NCBI RefSeq assembly: GCF_965249665.1
Contig: NZ_OZ252247.1
Span: forward strand, 2,339,282 to 2,403,281
Length of the DNA stretch: 64,000 nt
Source of the DNA: Oceanicaulis sp.
GTDB lineage: Bacteria; Pseudomonadota; Alphaproteobacteria; Caulobacterales; Maricaulaceae
Direction: 5' to 3'
Shown here: in pieces, positions 9,747 to 20,372 of the stretch
Layout of the letters: every line of letters starts with the position of its first letter
Position numbering within the stretch: the first letter of the stretch is position 1
Made by a program: the position numbers and the translations under genes
Notes under the pieces: generated by a model
Told to the model about the DNA's origin: nothing
The model's input: only the letters and a program-made list of their open reading frames with translations
The model's database searches: none

Positions 9747-11258
9747 ATGCCTGCGGTCAAGGAAACCATCGAAGACGTCCGTCAGCTGGAATCTGACAAG
9801 TATAAGTACGGCTTCACCACCGAGATCGAGCAAGAGCGTGCGCCCAAGGGGCTGAGCGAAGACACTGTGCGCTTCATCTCGGCCAAGAAGGGCGAGCCGG
9901 ACTGGCTGCTGGAATGGCGTCTTGAAGCGTTCAAACGCTGGACGCAGATGGCTGAGCCTGATTGGGCGAAGGTCGGTTATCCGCCCATCGACTATCAGGA
10001 CGCGTACTATTACGCTGAGCCTAAAGACGCTAAAAAGTACAAAAGCTTGGATGATGTTCCTCAGGAGTTGCTAGACACCTACAAGAAGCTTGGCATTCCG
10101 CTGAAAGAGGCGGAAGTCCTCCTCGGCGTGGAGGGCGCGGACGCCAGCGCCGCCGATGCGCGCACAGAAGGCTCGCAGCGTAAGGTGGCCGTGGATGCGG
10201 TGTTTGACTCTGTCTCCGTGGTGACGACCTTCAAGGAAGAGCTGTCCAAAGCTGGCGTAATCTTCATGCCTATCTCTGAGGCGGTTCACGAATACCCCGA
10301 GCTTGTGAAGAAGTATCTCGGCTCGGTCGTGCCGGTGACGGACAATTTCTTCGCCACGCTCAACAGCGCGGTCTTCTCTGACGGCTCTTTCGTCTATGTG
10401 CCCAAGGGCGTGCGCTGCCCGATGGAGCTGTCGACCTACTTCCGGATCAACGCCGAAGGCACCGGCCAGTTCGAACGCACGCTGATTATAGCGGATGAGG
10501 GCGCCTATGTGTCCTATCTTGAAGGCTGCACCGCGCCCATGCGCGATGAAAACCAGCTGCACGCCGCCGTGGTGGAGCTCGTCGTGCTCGATGACGCCGA
10601 GATCAAATACTCCACAGTTCAGAACTGGTGGCCCGGCGACGCAGATGGCAAGGGCGGGGTCTATAACTTTGTCACCAAGCGCGCCGATTGCCGCGGACGG
10701 AACTCCAAGGTCAGCTGGACCCAGGTCGAGACGGGTTCCGCGATCACCTGGAAATATCCGTCCTGCGTGCTGAAGGGGGATAACAGCCAGGGTGAGTTTT
10801 ATTCTATCGCCGTGACCAATGGCCGTCAGCAGGCCGATACCGGCACCAAGATGATCCATCTGGGTCGCAATACGAAGTCGCGCATCATTTCCAAAGGCAT
10901 TTCGGCGGGCAAGTCCGACCAGACCTATCGCGGGCTTGTCTCCGTGCATGGCAAGGCCGAAGGGTCGCGCAACTTCACCCAGTGCGACAGCTTGCTGATC
11001 GGCGATACCTGCGGCGCACACACTGTGCCTTATATCGAGTGCAAGACGCCCAAGGCGACGCTGGAGCATGAGGCGACCACCTCCAAGCTCTCAGAAGAAC
11101 AGCTCTTCTATGCGCGCCAGCGCGGACTTGATGAAGAAAGCGCTGTGGCGCTTCTCGTGAACGGCTTCTGCCGCGAAGTGCTGCAGGAGCTGCCCATGGA
11201 ATTCGCCGTGGAAGCCCAGGCGCTCCTGAAAGTCTCGCTTGAGGGGAGTGTGGGTTAA
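9747..11258 (+). CDS. sufB: Fe-S cluster assembly scaffold SufB
   Basis: 503 aa, highly conserved SufB sequence (YKYGF, ...KYSTVQNWW..., HEATTSK...). Confidence 0.95.
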   Translation: MPAVKETIEDVRQLESDKYKYGFTTEIEQERAPKGLSEDTVRFISAKKGEPDWLLEWRLEAFKRWTQMAEPDWAKVGYPPIDYQDAYYYAEPKDAKKYKSLDDVPQELLDTYKKLGIPLKEAEVLLGVEGADASAADARTEGSQRKVAVDAVFDSVSVVTTFKEELSKAGVIFMPISEAVHEYPELVKKYLGSVVPVTDNFFATLNSAVFSDGSFVYVPKGVRCPMELSTYFRINAEGTGQFERTLIIADEGAYVSYLEGCTAPMRDENQLHAAVVELVVLDDAEIKYSTVQNWWPGDADGKGGVYNFVTKRADCRGRNSKVSWTQVETGSAITWKYPSCVLKGDNSQGEFYSIAVTNGRQQADTGTKMIHLGRNTKSRIISKGISAGKSDQTYRGLVSVHGKAEGSRNFTQCDSLLIGDTCGAHTVPYIECKTPKATLEHEATTSKLSEEQLFYARQRGLDEESAVALLVNGFCREVLQELPMEFAVEAQALLKVSLEGSVG

Positions 11259-11261
11259 GCG

Positions 11262-11579
11262 ATGACGCAGTACTGGTTTGCACGCCGCCGCGCTGAAGAT
11301 ATCGGCAAGCCTGCCTTCAAGGGGCGGTTCTATCCTATCGCCTGGCAGGGCTGGGCTGTCGTGGGCGTCTTTCTGGGCGCGATGGCTCTGGGCGTACTGT
11401 TATGGATTGAGAGTGCGAGCGTTGGCGCCGGTCTGGTGATGAGCTTGGTCCCCTTTGTCATGCTGACGGCGTTTGGCGCGGGCATGATCATGCTGGCGAC
11501 CGTCAGCAAGGGCGACCCGAACCATACCGTGGCGCAGTACCGCTCGGGTGAAGTCAGACAGGGTGGCGAGCATGGCTAG
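11262..11579 (+). CDS. Hypothetical small membrane protein inserted in the suf operon
   Basis: 105 aa with two clear hydrophobic helices. Starts 4 nt after the sufB stop and overlaps the next gene's ATG by 8 nt. Confidence 0.55.
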   Translation: MTQYWFARRRAEDIGKPAFKGRFYPIAWQGWAVVGVFLGAMALGVLLWIESASVGAGLVMSLVPFVMLTAFGAGMIMLATVSKGDPNHTVAQYRSGEVRQGGEHG

Positions 11580-12198
11580 GCGTCTTTTAGCCATTGCCGC
11601 GCCCCTGACGCTTGCTCTTGCCGCGTCGGCCTGCGCCCCTCAGTCGACTGTTGATAAGGGCTTGCCCCTCTGTGACGGCGCTTTGGAGGAAGGCTGCGTC
11701 GCCGCGGTCAGCGATATGCTGGGGCTAACGTACGCGGCGCGCGAGGACGGCTATGATTTCACGCTGCTGGCGCTGGAAGACGGCGAAGCTCTGCAGAGCT
11801 TTGATGAAGAGCGTGGCAACGCCTTGTCTGGACCGTATCTCGAAGATCTTGATCAGGACGGCGATCCCGAACTGATCGTCCCGGACTTCACCGGCAATGT
11901 GAACACGGCCTATCGCATCCGGCAGCTGATTGACGGGCGTTTCGAGCCTGCGGGCGAGGTGAGTGGTCTGGGGCTTGAGCGCGATGAGGAAAGCGGCCTT
12001 CTGGGCATTTCCTCGCGCAGCTCGGCTGTCAGCTATGGCTACCACGCCTATGTGCTGTCTGACGACGGCCTCGTTCTGGTCTATGCGCTGGAAAGCGATC
12101 TGGCGGATCGCGCCTGTGTTTTGACCCCGGGCCCGGCGTTTGACGCTGCGGGACAGACTGCGGACGCCTTGCTGAGCGTCTGTGAGGCGGGCCTGTAA
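11572..12198 (+). CDS. Hypothetical lipoprotein inserted in the suf operon
   Basis: The preferred start MARRLLAIAAPLTLALAASAC gives a signal peptide plus lipobox. Contains a Dx(D/N)xDG-like stretch (EDLDQDGDPELIVPDF). No family recognised. Confidence 0.6.
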   Translation: MARRLLAIAAPLTLALAASACAPQSTVDKGLPLCDGALEEGCVAAVSDMLGLTYAAREDGYDFTLLALEDGEALQSFDEERGNALSGPYLEDLDQDGDPELIVPDFTGNVNTAYRIRQLIDGRFEPAGEVSGLGLERDEESGLLGISSRSSAVSYGYHAYVLSDDGLVLVYALESDLADRACVLTPGPAFDAAGQTADALLSVCEAGL

Positions 12199-12301
12199 GA
12201 CAAGATGACATGGCGCCCGCCATGCGGGGGGCGCCGAAGACGGATAAGGGTTCGAGCCGGCCTCCCTCTCATGCGCCGGTGCGACGATAAGGAAGACGAC
12301 C

Positions 12302-13066
12302 ATGTTGGTGATTGACGATCTCAAAGCGCGTGTGGATGCAGAAGACGGCGACGGCCGTGAAATTCTCAAAGGCGTGAGCCTTGAGGTCCCGGCTGGCGAG
12401 GTCCACGCGATCATGGGACCCAATGGCTGCGGCAAGTCCACGCTGTCTTATGTGCTGTCGGGCCGCGACGGCTACGAGATCACGGGCGGCTCGATGCGCT
12501 TTGAGGGTGAAGACCTGGCCGAGATGGAGCCTGAAGAGCGCGCCGCGGCGGGTGTTTTCCTGTCTTTCCAGTATCCGGTGGAAATCCCCGGCGTGCCTAC
12601 CCTGACCTTTGTGAAGGAAGCGCTGAACGCTCAGAAGCGCTTGCGCGGCGAGGATGAAGTGCCGGCCCCGGCCTTCATGAAGCTGGCGCGCGAAGCCGCC
12701 GCTCAGCTGGGCATCAGCAATGACATGCTCAAGCGCCCGGTGAATGTCGGCTTTTCGGGCGGCGAGAAGAAGCGCATGGAGATTTTCCAGGCGCTGATGT
12801 TGCAGCCGAAATTCCTGATCCTTGATGAGACGGATTCAGGGCTCGACATCGACGCGCTGAAAGTCGTGGCGGACGGCGTGAACGCCCTGCGCAATGAAGA
12901 ACGCGGCATGCTGGTGATCACCCACTATCAGCGCCTGCTCGATTACCTGAAACCGGACGTCGTCCATGTGATGGCGGCAGGCCGTATCCAAGAGACCGGC
13001 GGGCCTGAGCTGGCGCACAAGCTCGAAAAAGAAGGCTATGACAAATACGCAGGCGAGGCGGCGTAA
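12302..13066 (+). CDS. sufC: Fe-S cluster assembly ATPase SufC
   Basis: 254 aa with Walker A GPNGCGKST, the ABC signature FSGGEKKR and Walker B LILDETDSGLD. Confidence 0.95.
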   Translation: MLVIDDLKARVDAEDGDGREILKGVSLEVPAGEVHAIMGPNGCGKSTLSYVLSGRDGYEITGGSMRFEGEDLAEMEPEERAAAGVFLSFQYPVEIPGVPTLTFVKEALNAQKRLRGEDEVPAPAFMKLAREAAAQLGISNDMLKRPVNVGFSGGEKKRMEIFQALMLQPKFLILDETDSGLDIDALKVVADGVNALRNEERGMLVITHYQRLLDYLKPDVVHVMAAGRIQETGGPELAHKLEKEGYDKYAGEAA

Positions 13067-14163
13067 TGAGTGCAGCTTTCAAACTGACGGACATGGAAAC
13101 GGCGTTGATCGGGCAACTGCCCGAAGACGCGCCCTTGCGCACGCTGCTGAGTGAACAGGGCCTGCCTCATCGCCGCGTGGAAGAGTGGAAATGGACTGAT
13201 CTGCGTACGGTGGTGGGCAAGCTGCCCGCCGATCCGGGCGTACTCACCTTCACCATCTCGCGCGAGCCGGACGCCTGGGCCGAGCAGGACGAGGAGCCGG
13301 GCCTCCTGATGCCGCGTCTGGCTTCGGCTCTGGGCGAGGACATTCAGGTTTACACCCTGCAAGACGGCGAGCGTCTGGAGTTGGGCGTTGAAGCAAGCTC
13401 TGGCGTCTCCAACCAGCAGGTTCTGGTGCTTGTGCCTGAAGACGTGAAGGCGGAGCTGATTGAAAGCTACGCCGTGGAAGCGGGCGGTTTCGCCAATTTG
13501 ACGCTCGTGATCGTCGTGATGCCGGGCGCGGTGCTGGACCGGGTCATCGAGCAGGATGCCTCGCCTGACGGCGCCCTGGTGGTGACGAGCCTTGTTGATC
13601 TGGCGCCGGGCGCGACATTGAACCAGACCACTTTGGGTTTTGGCGCCAAGCTGGCGCGGCTTGAAACCCATGTGAACCATGCGGGCGAGGGCGCCGAGCT
13701 GCGGCTCGACGGCGCCTATGTGCTGGGCGAAGGCCTGCATCTCGATCAGACTTCGGTCGTGCGCCATGTGGGTCCGAACGGCGTGACCCAGGAGCTCTTC
13801 AAAGGCGCGGCCGCGAAGGGCGGCAAGGGTGTGTTTCAGGGCAAGATCCATGTGGAGCAGGCGGCGCAAAAGACCGACGCCCAGATGCAGCATCGCGGTT
13901 TGTTGCTGGAGGACAAAGCCGAGATCGACGCCAAGCCCGAGCTGGAAATCTATGCCGACGACGTGGTCTGCGCTCATGGCAACGCCTTTGGCGCTCTGGA
14001 TGAGGACGCCCTGTTTTACATGCGCCAGCGCGGCCTGCCGGATGGGAAAGCGCGCGCGCTCTTAACGCAAAGCTTTCTGGCCGAACCGATTGAACGGATA
14101 CGCGACGACGATGACCGCGAGCGCCTGATGACGCGCTTGTTGGCGGCGCTGGAGGCGCTCTGA
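13066..14163 (+). CDS. sufD: Fe-S cluster assembly protein SufD
   Basis: 365 aa. The conserved C-terminal block is ...HVGPN...F.GKI.V...AQKTDA.Q....LLL...AEIDAKPELEIYADDV.C.HG. Start overlaps the sufC stop. Confidence 0.9.
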   Translation: MSAAFKLTDMETALIGQLPEDAPLRTLLSEQGLPHRRVEEWKWTDLRTVVGKLPADPGVLTFTISREPDAWAEQDEEPGLLMPRLASALGEDIQVYTLQDGERLELGVEASSGVSNQQVLVLVPEDVKAELIESYAVEAGGFANLTLVIVVMPGAVLDRVIEQDASPDGALVVTSLVDLAPGATLNQTTLGFGAKLARLETHVNHAGEGAELRLDGAYVLGEGLHLDQTSVVRHVGPNGVTQELFKGAAAKGGKGVFQGKIHVEQAAQKTDAQMQHRGLLLEDKAEIDAKPELEIYADDVVCAHGNAFGALDEDALFYMRQRGLPDGKARALLTQSFLAEPIERIRDDDDRERLMTRLLAALEAL

Positions 14164-15404
14164 TGTCTGCTGAACGCAAACCTGTCAGCGGTCTGGATGT
14201 GGCGCAAATCCGCGCCCAGTTCCCGATCCTCAGCCGTGAGGTGAACGGCAAGCCGCTGGTCTATCTCGACAGCGCCGCATCCGCGCAGAAGCCCGAAGCC
14301 GTGATCGAGGCGGTGGCCGATGTGTGGCGTCAATCCTACGCCAATGTGCACCGCGGGCTGCATACGCTGGCCAATGAGGCGACAGAAGCCTTTGAAGCGA
14401 GCCGGGGCAAGTTGGCGCGCTTTCTGGGGGCGGATCGCGCCGATCAGATCGTTTTCACGAAAGGGGCGACCGAAGCGATCAATCTGGTCGCGGACAGCTT
14501 TGGCGCCATGCTGGGTGAGGGCGATGAAATCATCCTCAGCCAGATGGAGCATCATTCCAACATTGTCCCCTGGCACTTCTTGCGGGAGCGCAAGGGCGTG
14601 GTGCTCAAATGGGCGCCGGTCACCGATGACGGCGCGCTCGATATGGCGGCGTTTGATGCGCTTGTGACCGAGCGCACCAAGCTGGTCGCCATCACCCATA
14701 TGTCCAATGTGCTGGGCACCATTTCGCCGATCGAAACGATCGTGAAAAAGGCCCATGCCGTGGGCGCGGCGGTGCTGGTGGACGGCTCTCAGGGCGCGGT
14801 TCACATGCCAGTCGACGTCAAGGCGCTAGGCTGTGACTTCTACGTCGTGACGGGCCACAAGCTCTATGGCCCCAACGGCGCTGGCGCGCTCTATGCGGCG
14901 GGGGACTGGCTGGACCGGTTGCGCCCCTATCAGGGCGGCGGCGAGATGATCGCAGAAGTGCGTGAGGACGGCGTGGTCTACGCCGATGTGCCGCACAAGT
15001 TCGAAGCGGGCACGCCGGTGATCGCCGAGGTGATCGGGCTGGGCGCAGCGCTCGACTGGATGACGGCTCTCGATCGGATCGCCTTGATGGAGCATGAGCG
15101 CCAGCTTATGGACCGGTTCGAGGCAGGGCTCGCCGAGTTTGAGGGCGCGACCATATATGGCCGCACTCAGGACAAGGGCGCGATTACATCATTCAGTCTT
15201 GAGGGCGCGCACCCGCATGACCTGGCGCAGCTCATGGACAAATACGGCGTCGCGGTTCGCGCGGGCCATCACTGCGCCCACCCGCTGATGCAGCGCTTTG
15301 GCGTTCCAGGCACGCTACGCGCCAGCTTCGCCGCCTATAACACCGAGGCGGATGTGGATGCGGCGCTCGAGGCGTTGCGAAAAGCCAAGAGCTTTCTCAT
15401 CTAG
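14163..15404 (+). CDS. sufS: Cysteine desulfurase SufS (group II)
   Basis: 413 aa with PLP-Lys TGHKLYGP and the active-site RAGHHCAHP. Start overlaps the sufD stop. Confidence 0.9.
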   Translation: MSAERKPVSGLDVAQIRAQFPILSREVNGKPLVYLDSAASAQKPEAVIEAVADVWRQSYANVHRGLHTLANEATEAFEASRGKLARFLGADRADQIVFTKGATEAINLVADSFGAMLGEGDEIILSQMEHHSNIVPWHFLRERKGVVLKWAPVTDDGALDMAAFDALVTERTKLVAITHMSNVLGTISPIETIVKKAHAVGAAVLVDGSQGAVHMPVDVKALGCDFYVVTGHKLYGPNGAGALYAAGDWLDRLRPYQGGGEMIAEVREDGVVYADVPHKFEAGTPVIAEVIGLGAALDWMTALDRIALMEHERQLMDRFEAGLAEFEGATIYGRTQDKGAITSFSLEGAHPHDLAQLMDKYGVAVRAGHHCAHPLMQRFGVPGTLRASFAAYNTEADVDAALEALRKAKSFLI

Positions 15405-15409
15405 AGAGT

Positions 15410-15865
15410 ATGACGAGCATGGATACTGACAACAAACGCTCTGAACGCGACATGATGGATCTGGGCGCCGCCCCGTCCATGACCCTGGACGCGCCAACTC
15501 CGGCTGAGCCGGAAACCTCAGCGGACGCCGCGTCGGATCACGATATTCCGCAAGAAGAGATCGAGCGCATCACCCATGATGTGATCGAGGCTCTGAAGAC
15601 GGTGTTTGACCCGGAAATCCCGGTCGACATTTACGAGCTGGGCTTGATCTACCAGGTTGATCTGGAGCCCGACCATAGTCTGAAGGTCGAAATGACCCTG
15701 ACGGCGCCGGGCTGCCCGGTGGCCGGTGAAATGCCGGGCTGGGTGCGCGATGCGTGTGAGACGGTCAAAGGGGTGGAGCGCGCCGACGTAACCTTGACCT
15801 TTGATCCGCCTTGGACGCCGGACCGCATGTCTGACGAAGCCAAGCTGACGCTGAACATGTTTTAA
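15410..15865 (+). CDS. sufT: SUF-system Fe-S assembly protein, DUF59/SufT family
   Basis: 151 aa with the DUF59 core VFDPEIPVDIYELGLIY...TLTAPGCP. Confidence 0.8.
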   Translation: MTSMDTDNKRSERDMMDLGAAPSMTLDAPTPAEPETSADAASDHDIPQEEIERITHDVIEALKTVFDPEIPVDIYELGLIYQVDLEPDHSLKVEMTLTAPGCPVAGEMPGWVRDACETVKGVERADVTLTFDPPWTPDRMSDEAKLTLNMF

Positions 15866-15875
15866 GGAGCCGATC

Positions 15876-16235
15876 ATGGCCCGACACAGACCCAAAGCCG
15901 TCACCCTGACCGAAGCCGCCGCAGAGCGCGTCAAAAAACTGATGGCGGATCGCGACGCCGGCTTCTTGCGCGTCGGCGTCAAAAACGGCGGCTGCGCCGG
16001 CATGGAATACGTGATGGATTACGTATCAGAGCCGGATGCGCTGGACGAAAGGGTTGAGGATCAAGGCGTGGAGATTGTGGTGGATTCCAAATCCTTGCTC
16101 TTCATGCTGGGAGCGCAGATTGACTATGAAATCACGCCCTTGCACGCCAAATTCGTGTTCCGCAATCCTAACGAAACCGATGCCTGTGGTTGCGGTGAGA
16201 GTGTGACTCTGGCGCCCGCACAGCTCATCGAGTAG
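15876..16235 (+). CDS. sufA: A-type Fe-S carrier (SufA/IscA/HesB family)
   Basis: 119 aa with GGCAGMEY and the C-terminal CGCGES motif. Confidence 0.85.
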   Translation: MARHRPKAVTLTEAAAERVKKLMADRDAGFLRVGVKNGGCAGMEYVMDYVSEPDALDERVEDQGVEIVVDSKSLLFMLGAQIDYEITPLHAKFVFRNPNETDACGCGESVTLAPAQLIE

Positions 16236-16310
16236 TTTGGGCCTGCATCCTTCACTTGCCTTTCAACGGGCAGCACGTCCACATGCCGATCCCAATAGAG
16301 GACTGGCGCT

Positions 16311-16916
16311 GTGAAATTGTATGTCTCTCCCACTTCGCCCTATGCACGGAAATGCCGGGCGCTGATCATCGAGAAAAGCCTCGAGCGCAAGATCGAAGTG
16401 ATCGAGTGCGATCCGCGGAGTGATCCAGAAGATCTTTTGGCCATTAATCCGCTCGGCAAAGTGCCGGCGCTGGAGCGCGATGGCGCGCCGGCTCTGATGG
16501 ATTCTCCGCTGATCTGCGAGTTCGTCGACAGTATGGATGAGGAGAACTGGATCCCGCGTCGCGGCGAGAGTCGGATCCTGGTCATGCGACAGCAGGCGCT
16601 GGCGGACGGGCTGATCGATCTGACCATCGGTCGCCGGATCGAGATGCAGCGTGACGCGGACAAGCAATGGGATTTCTGGTCAGAGCGATGGGAACGCGGC
16701 ATCCGGCGGACTTTGGATGCGCTTAATGATGGCCGCGCGCAATATGAGCGATCGGTTGATTTGGGCGCCTTGAGCGTCGCTATCGCGCTTCATTATCTCG
16801 ATCTGAGATTTGCGGAGCTGAACTGGCGGGAGCGTTATCCTGATCTGGCGGTGTTCGCTGCGCGATGGGATCAGCGCGCCAGTTTTGAACAGACCCGTCC
16901 GCCATCTGGCGCCTAG
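16311..16916 (+). CDS. Glutathione S-transferase family protein
   Basis: 201 aa, GTG start. N-terminal thioredoxin-like GST fold (SPYARKCRALIIEK...INPLGKVPALE). Confidence 0.8.
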   Translation: MKLYVSPTSPYARKCRALIIEKSLERKIEVIECDPRSDPEDLLAINPLGKVPALERDGAPALMDSPLICEFVDSMDEENWIPRRGESRILVMRQQALADGLIDLTIGRRIEMQRDADKQWDFWSERWERGIRRTLDALNDGRAQYERSVDLGALSVAIALHYLDLRFAELNWRERYPDLAVFAARWDQRASFEQTRPPSGA

Positions 16917-17626
16917 GCGCCAGCGCGTTTCAAACGGGATTCAGCGCGGGCGCCGCAGATCCAAGCCACGAGACCCATCAGGCTGTAGGCCATGCCGACA
17001 TAGGGCGACAGGATTGTGGGCAGCACGAATGCGGAAACAATGATCACCACTGACAACGTCAGTACGCCGAGCGCAAATTCAACCTCATAGCGCGTGTAAA
17101 CCCGTTCGCGCTCGTTCAGCCCAATATCGTCTGCATGGCGCAAGGCATGGGCGTAGAGCAGGGCGAACAGACCGAATACGGATGCGAAAAAGCCCCCGTA
17201 AATTAGGTACAGCCACTTGATCTGAGCATAGGCGAGAACGTCTCCCGGCGGCTGTTCCTGGGAGAATCCACCCGTGTAGAGGTTCACGACAAAGTCAGTC
17301 ATGAACATGAGCGGGTAGATGTAAGCCAATAAAAGAAATAGCAAAACGGCGTTCAGCGTGCTCACCACCGAGTCTTGCAAGTCATACCGCCGAAAAAAGA
17401 CGTGATGCGTTCGCCAGAGAAAAATGATCAGTCCAAAGCAAGCGGCCAGGGACAAGGCGTCTCGCCACAGCCCGGTGAGTTCTTCAAAGGATTGAGGAAT
17501 GGATTGGGTGGCGGCGAGAGCGAGGACGAGCGCGAACACAATGTCGGACAAATTTTCAATGCGCGACACATCCATTCCGCGCCACTGAAAGTTCTTCTCG
17601 CCGTGCAATTTATATGACCGAGACAT
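16913..17626 (-). CDS. TMEM175/DUF1211-family membrane protein (putative K+ channel)
   Basis: Start preferred at MSRSYKL (ATG 17626). The motif R(I/L)ENLSDIVFALVLAL matches the TMEM175 RxxxFSD helix-1 signature. Six predicted TM helices. Confidence 0.75.
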   Translation of the reverse strand: MSRSYKLHGEKNFQWRGMDVSRIENLSDIVFALVLALAATQSIPQSFEELTGLWRDALSLAACFGLIIFLWRTHHVFFRRYDLQDSVVSTLNAVLLFLLLAYIYPLMFMTDFVVNLYTGGFSQEQPPGDVLAYAQIKWLYLIYGGFFASVFGLFALLYAHALRHADDIGLNERERVYTRYEVEFALGVLTLSVVIIVSAFVLPTILSPYVGMAYSLMGLVAWICGARAESRLKRAGA

Positions 17627-17709
17627 GCTCTGAACCTCGCCAGCTGTGGTGGCGCAGAGCATGCCTGAGTCAGGATGACAACAATAGCTGACAAATGTCA
17701 GGGCGCGGC

Positions 17710-18771
17710 TCAGGCGGCGGCGATACCCTGGCGGTTGGGCAATGAGTCGCCATCGACGGTGACCTTATTGCGGCCTTGCTGCTTGGATTTGTACAGATTG
17801 GCGTCGCAACGCTCGATCAGGCACTCCACCACTTCAGACGGTCTGAATTGTGACACACCCATGGAGATCGTGATATTGCCCAGATCTTCATTAGTGGATT
17901 TGCGCAAGAGGCGTTTGCTTTCAACAACCTGACGGATTTTCTCGGCGATCTCAGTGGCGTCCTGCAGCGAGGTGTTCGGCATGACAATCCCGAACTCTTC
18001 ACCGCCATAGCGGGCCACCACATGATGCTCTGACGCATAGCGGGCCAGACATGCGGAGACAAAGCGGATGATCTGATCACCCGTCTGATGGCCCCAGGTG
18101 TCGTTGAAGCGTTTGAAATGGTCGATATCGCACAGCACCAGTGAGAACGGCGTGCCGTTCAGGTCTGCATCCCGGCGCGACTTGCGCATGGATTCGTCAA
18201 ACCGTTTGCGATTGGCGATCCCGGTCAGTGCGTCCGTCATCGCTTCTTCGCGCACTTTTTCCAGATTGCTGCGCAGCTGATTGACTTCCTGGCTGGTCTC
18301 CTGGAGGCGGCGTTCCAGATCGCGGGACCGACGTTGCATCCGAGCTGTCGCCGCGACCAGGCCTTCAACCATCTGTTTGATTCCAGAGGCGTCTGTAACC
18401 TTGTCCAGGCGGCCCGTGGCGCCGGCGAGTTCCGCGCCATAGGCGGCGGTGTCGCGTTCAGCATCCTGCAGGGTTTGAACGACGGAACCCAGCTCACGGC
18501 TCATGGCGCCACCCGCATCCAGGACAGCGCTCTGGATGCGTTTGAAGCTGAAATGCGTGTCGTAGAGATCCTCTAGAAGTTCAGAGGACAAGGGCTCGTC
18601 CCGATCAATATGCCTTTGAATGACTGAGCATAATTCGGGAATTGTGTCAGATACATATGCTGTAAAGACCGCATAGTTATGCGGCGTGGGTACAAGTCCG
18701 AGACTCGCCATCAAATCCAGCGCCTTGCGCCCGATTTCGATCCCTTCAGCAGCGTGTGCACGACCGTTCAA
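17710..18771 (-). CDS. Diguanylate cyclase (GGDEF domain) with coiled-coil N-terminal region
   Basis: 353 aa with the active-site RYGGEEFGIV, an upstream DALTGIANRKRF, and an RxxD-like I-site region. Confidence 0.85.
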   Translation of the reverse strand: MNGRAHAAEGIEIGRKALDLMASLGLVPTPHNYAVFTAYVSDTIPELCSVIQRHIDRDEPLSSELLEDLYDTHFSFKRIQSAVLDAGGAMSRELGSVVQTLQDAERDTAAYGAELAGATGRLDKVTDASGIKQMVEGLVAATARMQRRSRDLERRLQETSQEVNQLRSNLEKVREEAMTDALTGIANRKRFDESMRKSRRDADLNGTPFSLVLCDIDHFKRFNDTWGHQTGDQIIRFVSACLARYASEHHVVARYGGEEFGIVMPNTSLQDATEIAEKIRQVVESKRLLRKSTNEDLGNITISMGVSQFRPSEVVECLIERCDANLYKSKQQGRNKVTVDGDSLPNRQGIAAA

Positions 18772-18866
18772 AGCATACCCCTGACCTTAGACCGCTATTG
18801 AGCGGTTCTTGGCGGAAAGTATGTCCTGTGAATCAAAAGATCGGGTAAACGCAGACTATTTTTTGC

Positions 18867-20372
18867 CTAGGGAAAGGCGGGACGAAGCAAAAATTCTGGA
18901 ACATGGTCGCCAAAACCAACCGGAGAGGCGTCCCGTTCATGACGGTCCTGTCGCGAAGACCGGTCCTGACGCGAGGCGCGCTGTGACCGCGAAGAACGCT
19001 CTCTGGGCGCCGGATGCTCTTTGGGCTGGGACTCTTCATGAGCGCGTGCTTCAATCGGGGCTTCCGCCATGGCGGGCGCGTCCTCAGACGCGGCTGCATC
19101 AGAGGTCTCGGAGGCGTCGGCCTTCGCTTTGCTGGCGTCGGCTTTGTTGCGCGAGCGCGTCCGACGACGAGGCTTGGGCTTGTCGTCGCTGGCAGCTTCA
19201 GATGAGACAGGGTTTGCAGAGGGCGTGCCGGACGCTTGTTTGGCCGCGCCGTCAAGCTTGAGCTCTTCAGGTTCCTTGCCGATCAGCTTGACGACCTTGG
19301 CGAGCGCCTTGGCGTCTTCAGCCGAGACCAGGGTCACTGCTTCGCCTTTCAGGCCGGCGCGACCGGTGCGTCCGATACGGTGGACGTAATCATCGGCATT
19401 GCGCGGAATGTCCACATTGAAAACGTGGCTCACCGCCGGAATGTCCAGGCCTCGAGCGGCGACATCAGAGGCGACCAGCAGACGCAGATCGCCAGACTTG
19501 AAATCGGCGAGGGTCTTCATCCGCTGGCTCTGGTCCAGATCGCCGTGGATCGGTGCAGCTGAGAAGCCGTGACGTTGCAGCGAGCGGGCGACAATATCCA
19601 CATCGCGCTTGCGATTGCAGAAGATGATGCCGTTTTTCACGCCGTCACGATTGATCGCAGCGCGCAGAGCTTCGCGCTTGGTGCGCGCCTGATTGTCCGA
19701 CACCCGCAGAATGTACTGGGTGATGGTTTCAGCGGTCTGGGCCGGGCGCGTCACTTCAACCCGCTCGGGATCACGCAGGAATGTGTCGACCAGCTTTTTG
19801 ATTTCCGCCGGCATGGTGGCTGAGAAAAACAGAGTCTGACGACGCGGCGGCAGCAGTTTGAGAATGCGTTCGATATCGGGAATGAATCCCATGTCCAGCA
19901 TGCGGTCGGCTTCGTCGATAACGAGGATTTCGACGCCGGTCAGCAACAGGCCGCCGCGTTCGAAATGGTCCAGAAGCCGTCCCGGCGTGGCGATCAGGAT
20001 GTCGGCGCCCTGATCGAGAATGCGCTTTTGCGGCTCAAACGAGACGCCGCCAATCAGGAGCGCCATGTTGAGCTTGTGGTTCTTGGCGTACAGCTTGACG
20101 TTATCGGCCACCTGCGCCGCCAGCTCGCGCGTCGGCGCCAGCACCAGAGAGCGCGGCATGCGAGCGCGGGCGCGGCCGCGCGACAGGCGCTCGATCATGG
20201 GCAAGGTGAAGGATGCGGTTTTGCCTGTGCCGGTCTGAGCGATGCCCAGCACGTCGCGTCCGGTGAGCGCTACGGGAATAGCGCCCGCCTGGATCGGGGT
20301 GGGCTTTTCGTAACCAGCGTCAGCAATAGCTGAAAGGAGTGCGGGGCTCAGCCCGAGGTCTTCAAACGTCAT
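18867..20372 (-). CDS. rhlE: DEAD-box ATP-dependent RNA helicase (RhlE-like) with a basic/acidic C-terminal tail
   Basis: 501 aa with Q-motif, AQTGTGKT, DEAD, SAT and HRIGRTGRAG motifs all present. Confidence 0.9.
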   Translation of the reverse strand: MTFEDLGLSPALLSAIADAGYEKPTPIQAGAIPVALTGRDVLGIAQTGTGKTASFTLPMIERLSRGRARARMPRSLVLAPTRELAAQVADNVKLYAKNHKLNMALLIGGVSFEPQKRILDQGADILIATPGRLLDHFERGGLLLTGVEILVIDEADRMLDMGFIPDIERILKLLPPRRQTLFFSATMPAEIKKLVDTFLRDPERVEVTRPAQTAETITQYILRVSDNQARTKREALRAAINRDGVKNGIIFCNRKRDVDIVARSLQRHGFSAAPIHGDLDQSQRMKTLADFKSGDLRLLVASDVAARGLDIPAVSHVFNVDIPRNADDYVHRIGRTGRAGLKGEAVTLVSAEDAKALAKVVKLIGKEPEELKLDGAAKQASGTPSANPVSSEAASDDKPKPRRRTRSRNKADASKAKADASETSDAAASEDAPAMAEAPIEARAHEESQPKEHPAPRERSSRSQRASRQDRSSRQDRHERDASPVGFGDHVPEFLLRPAFP

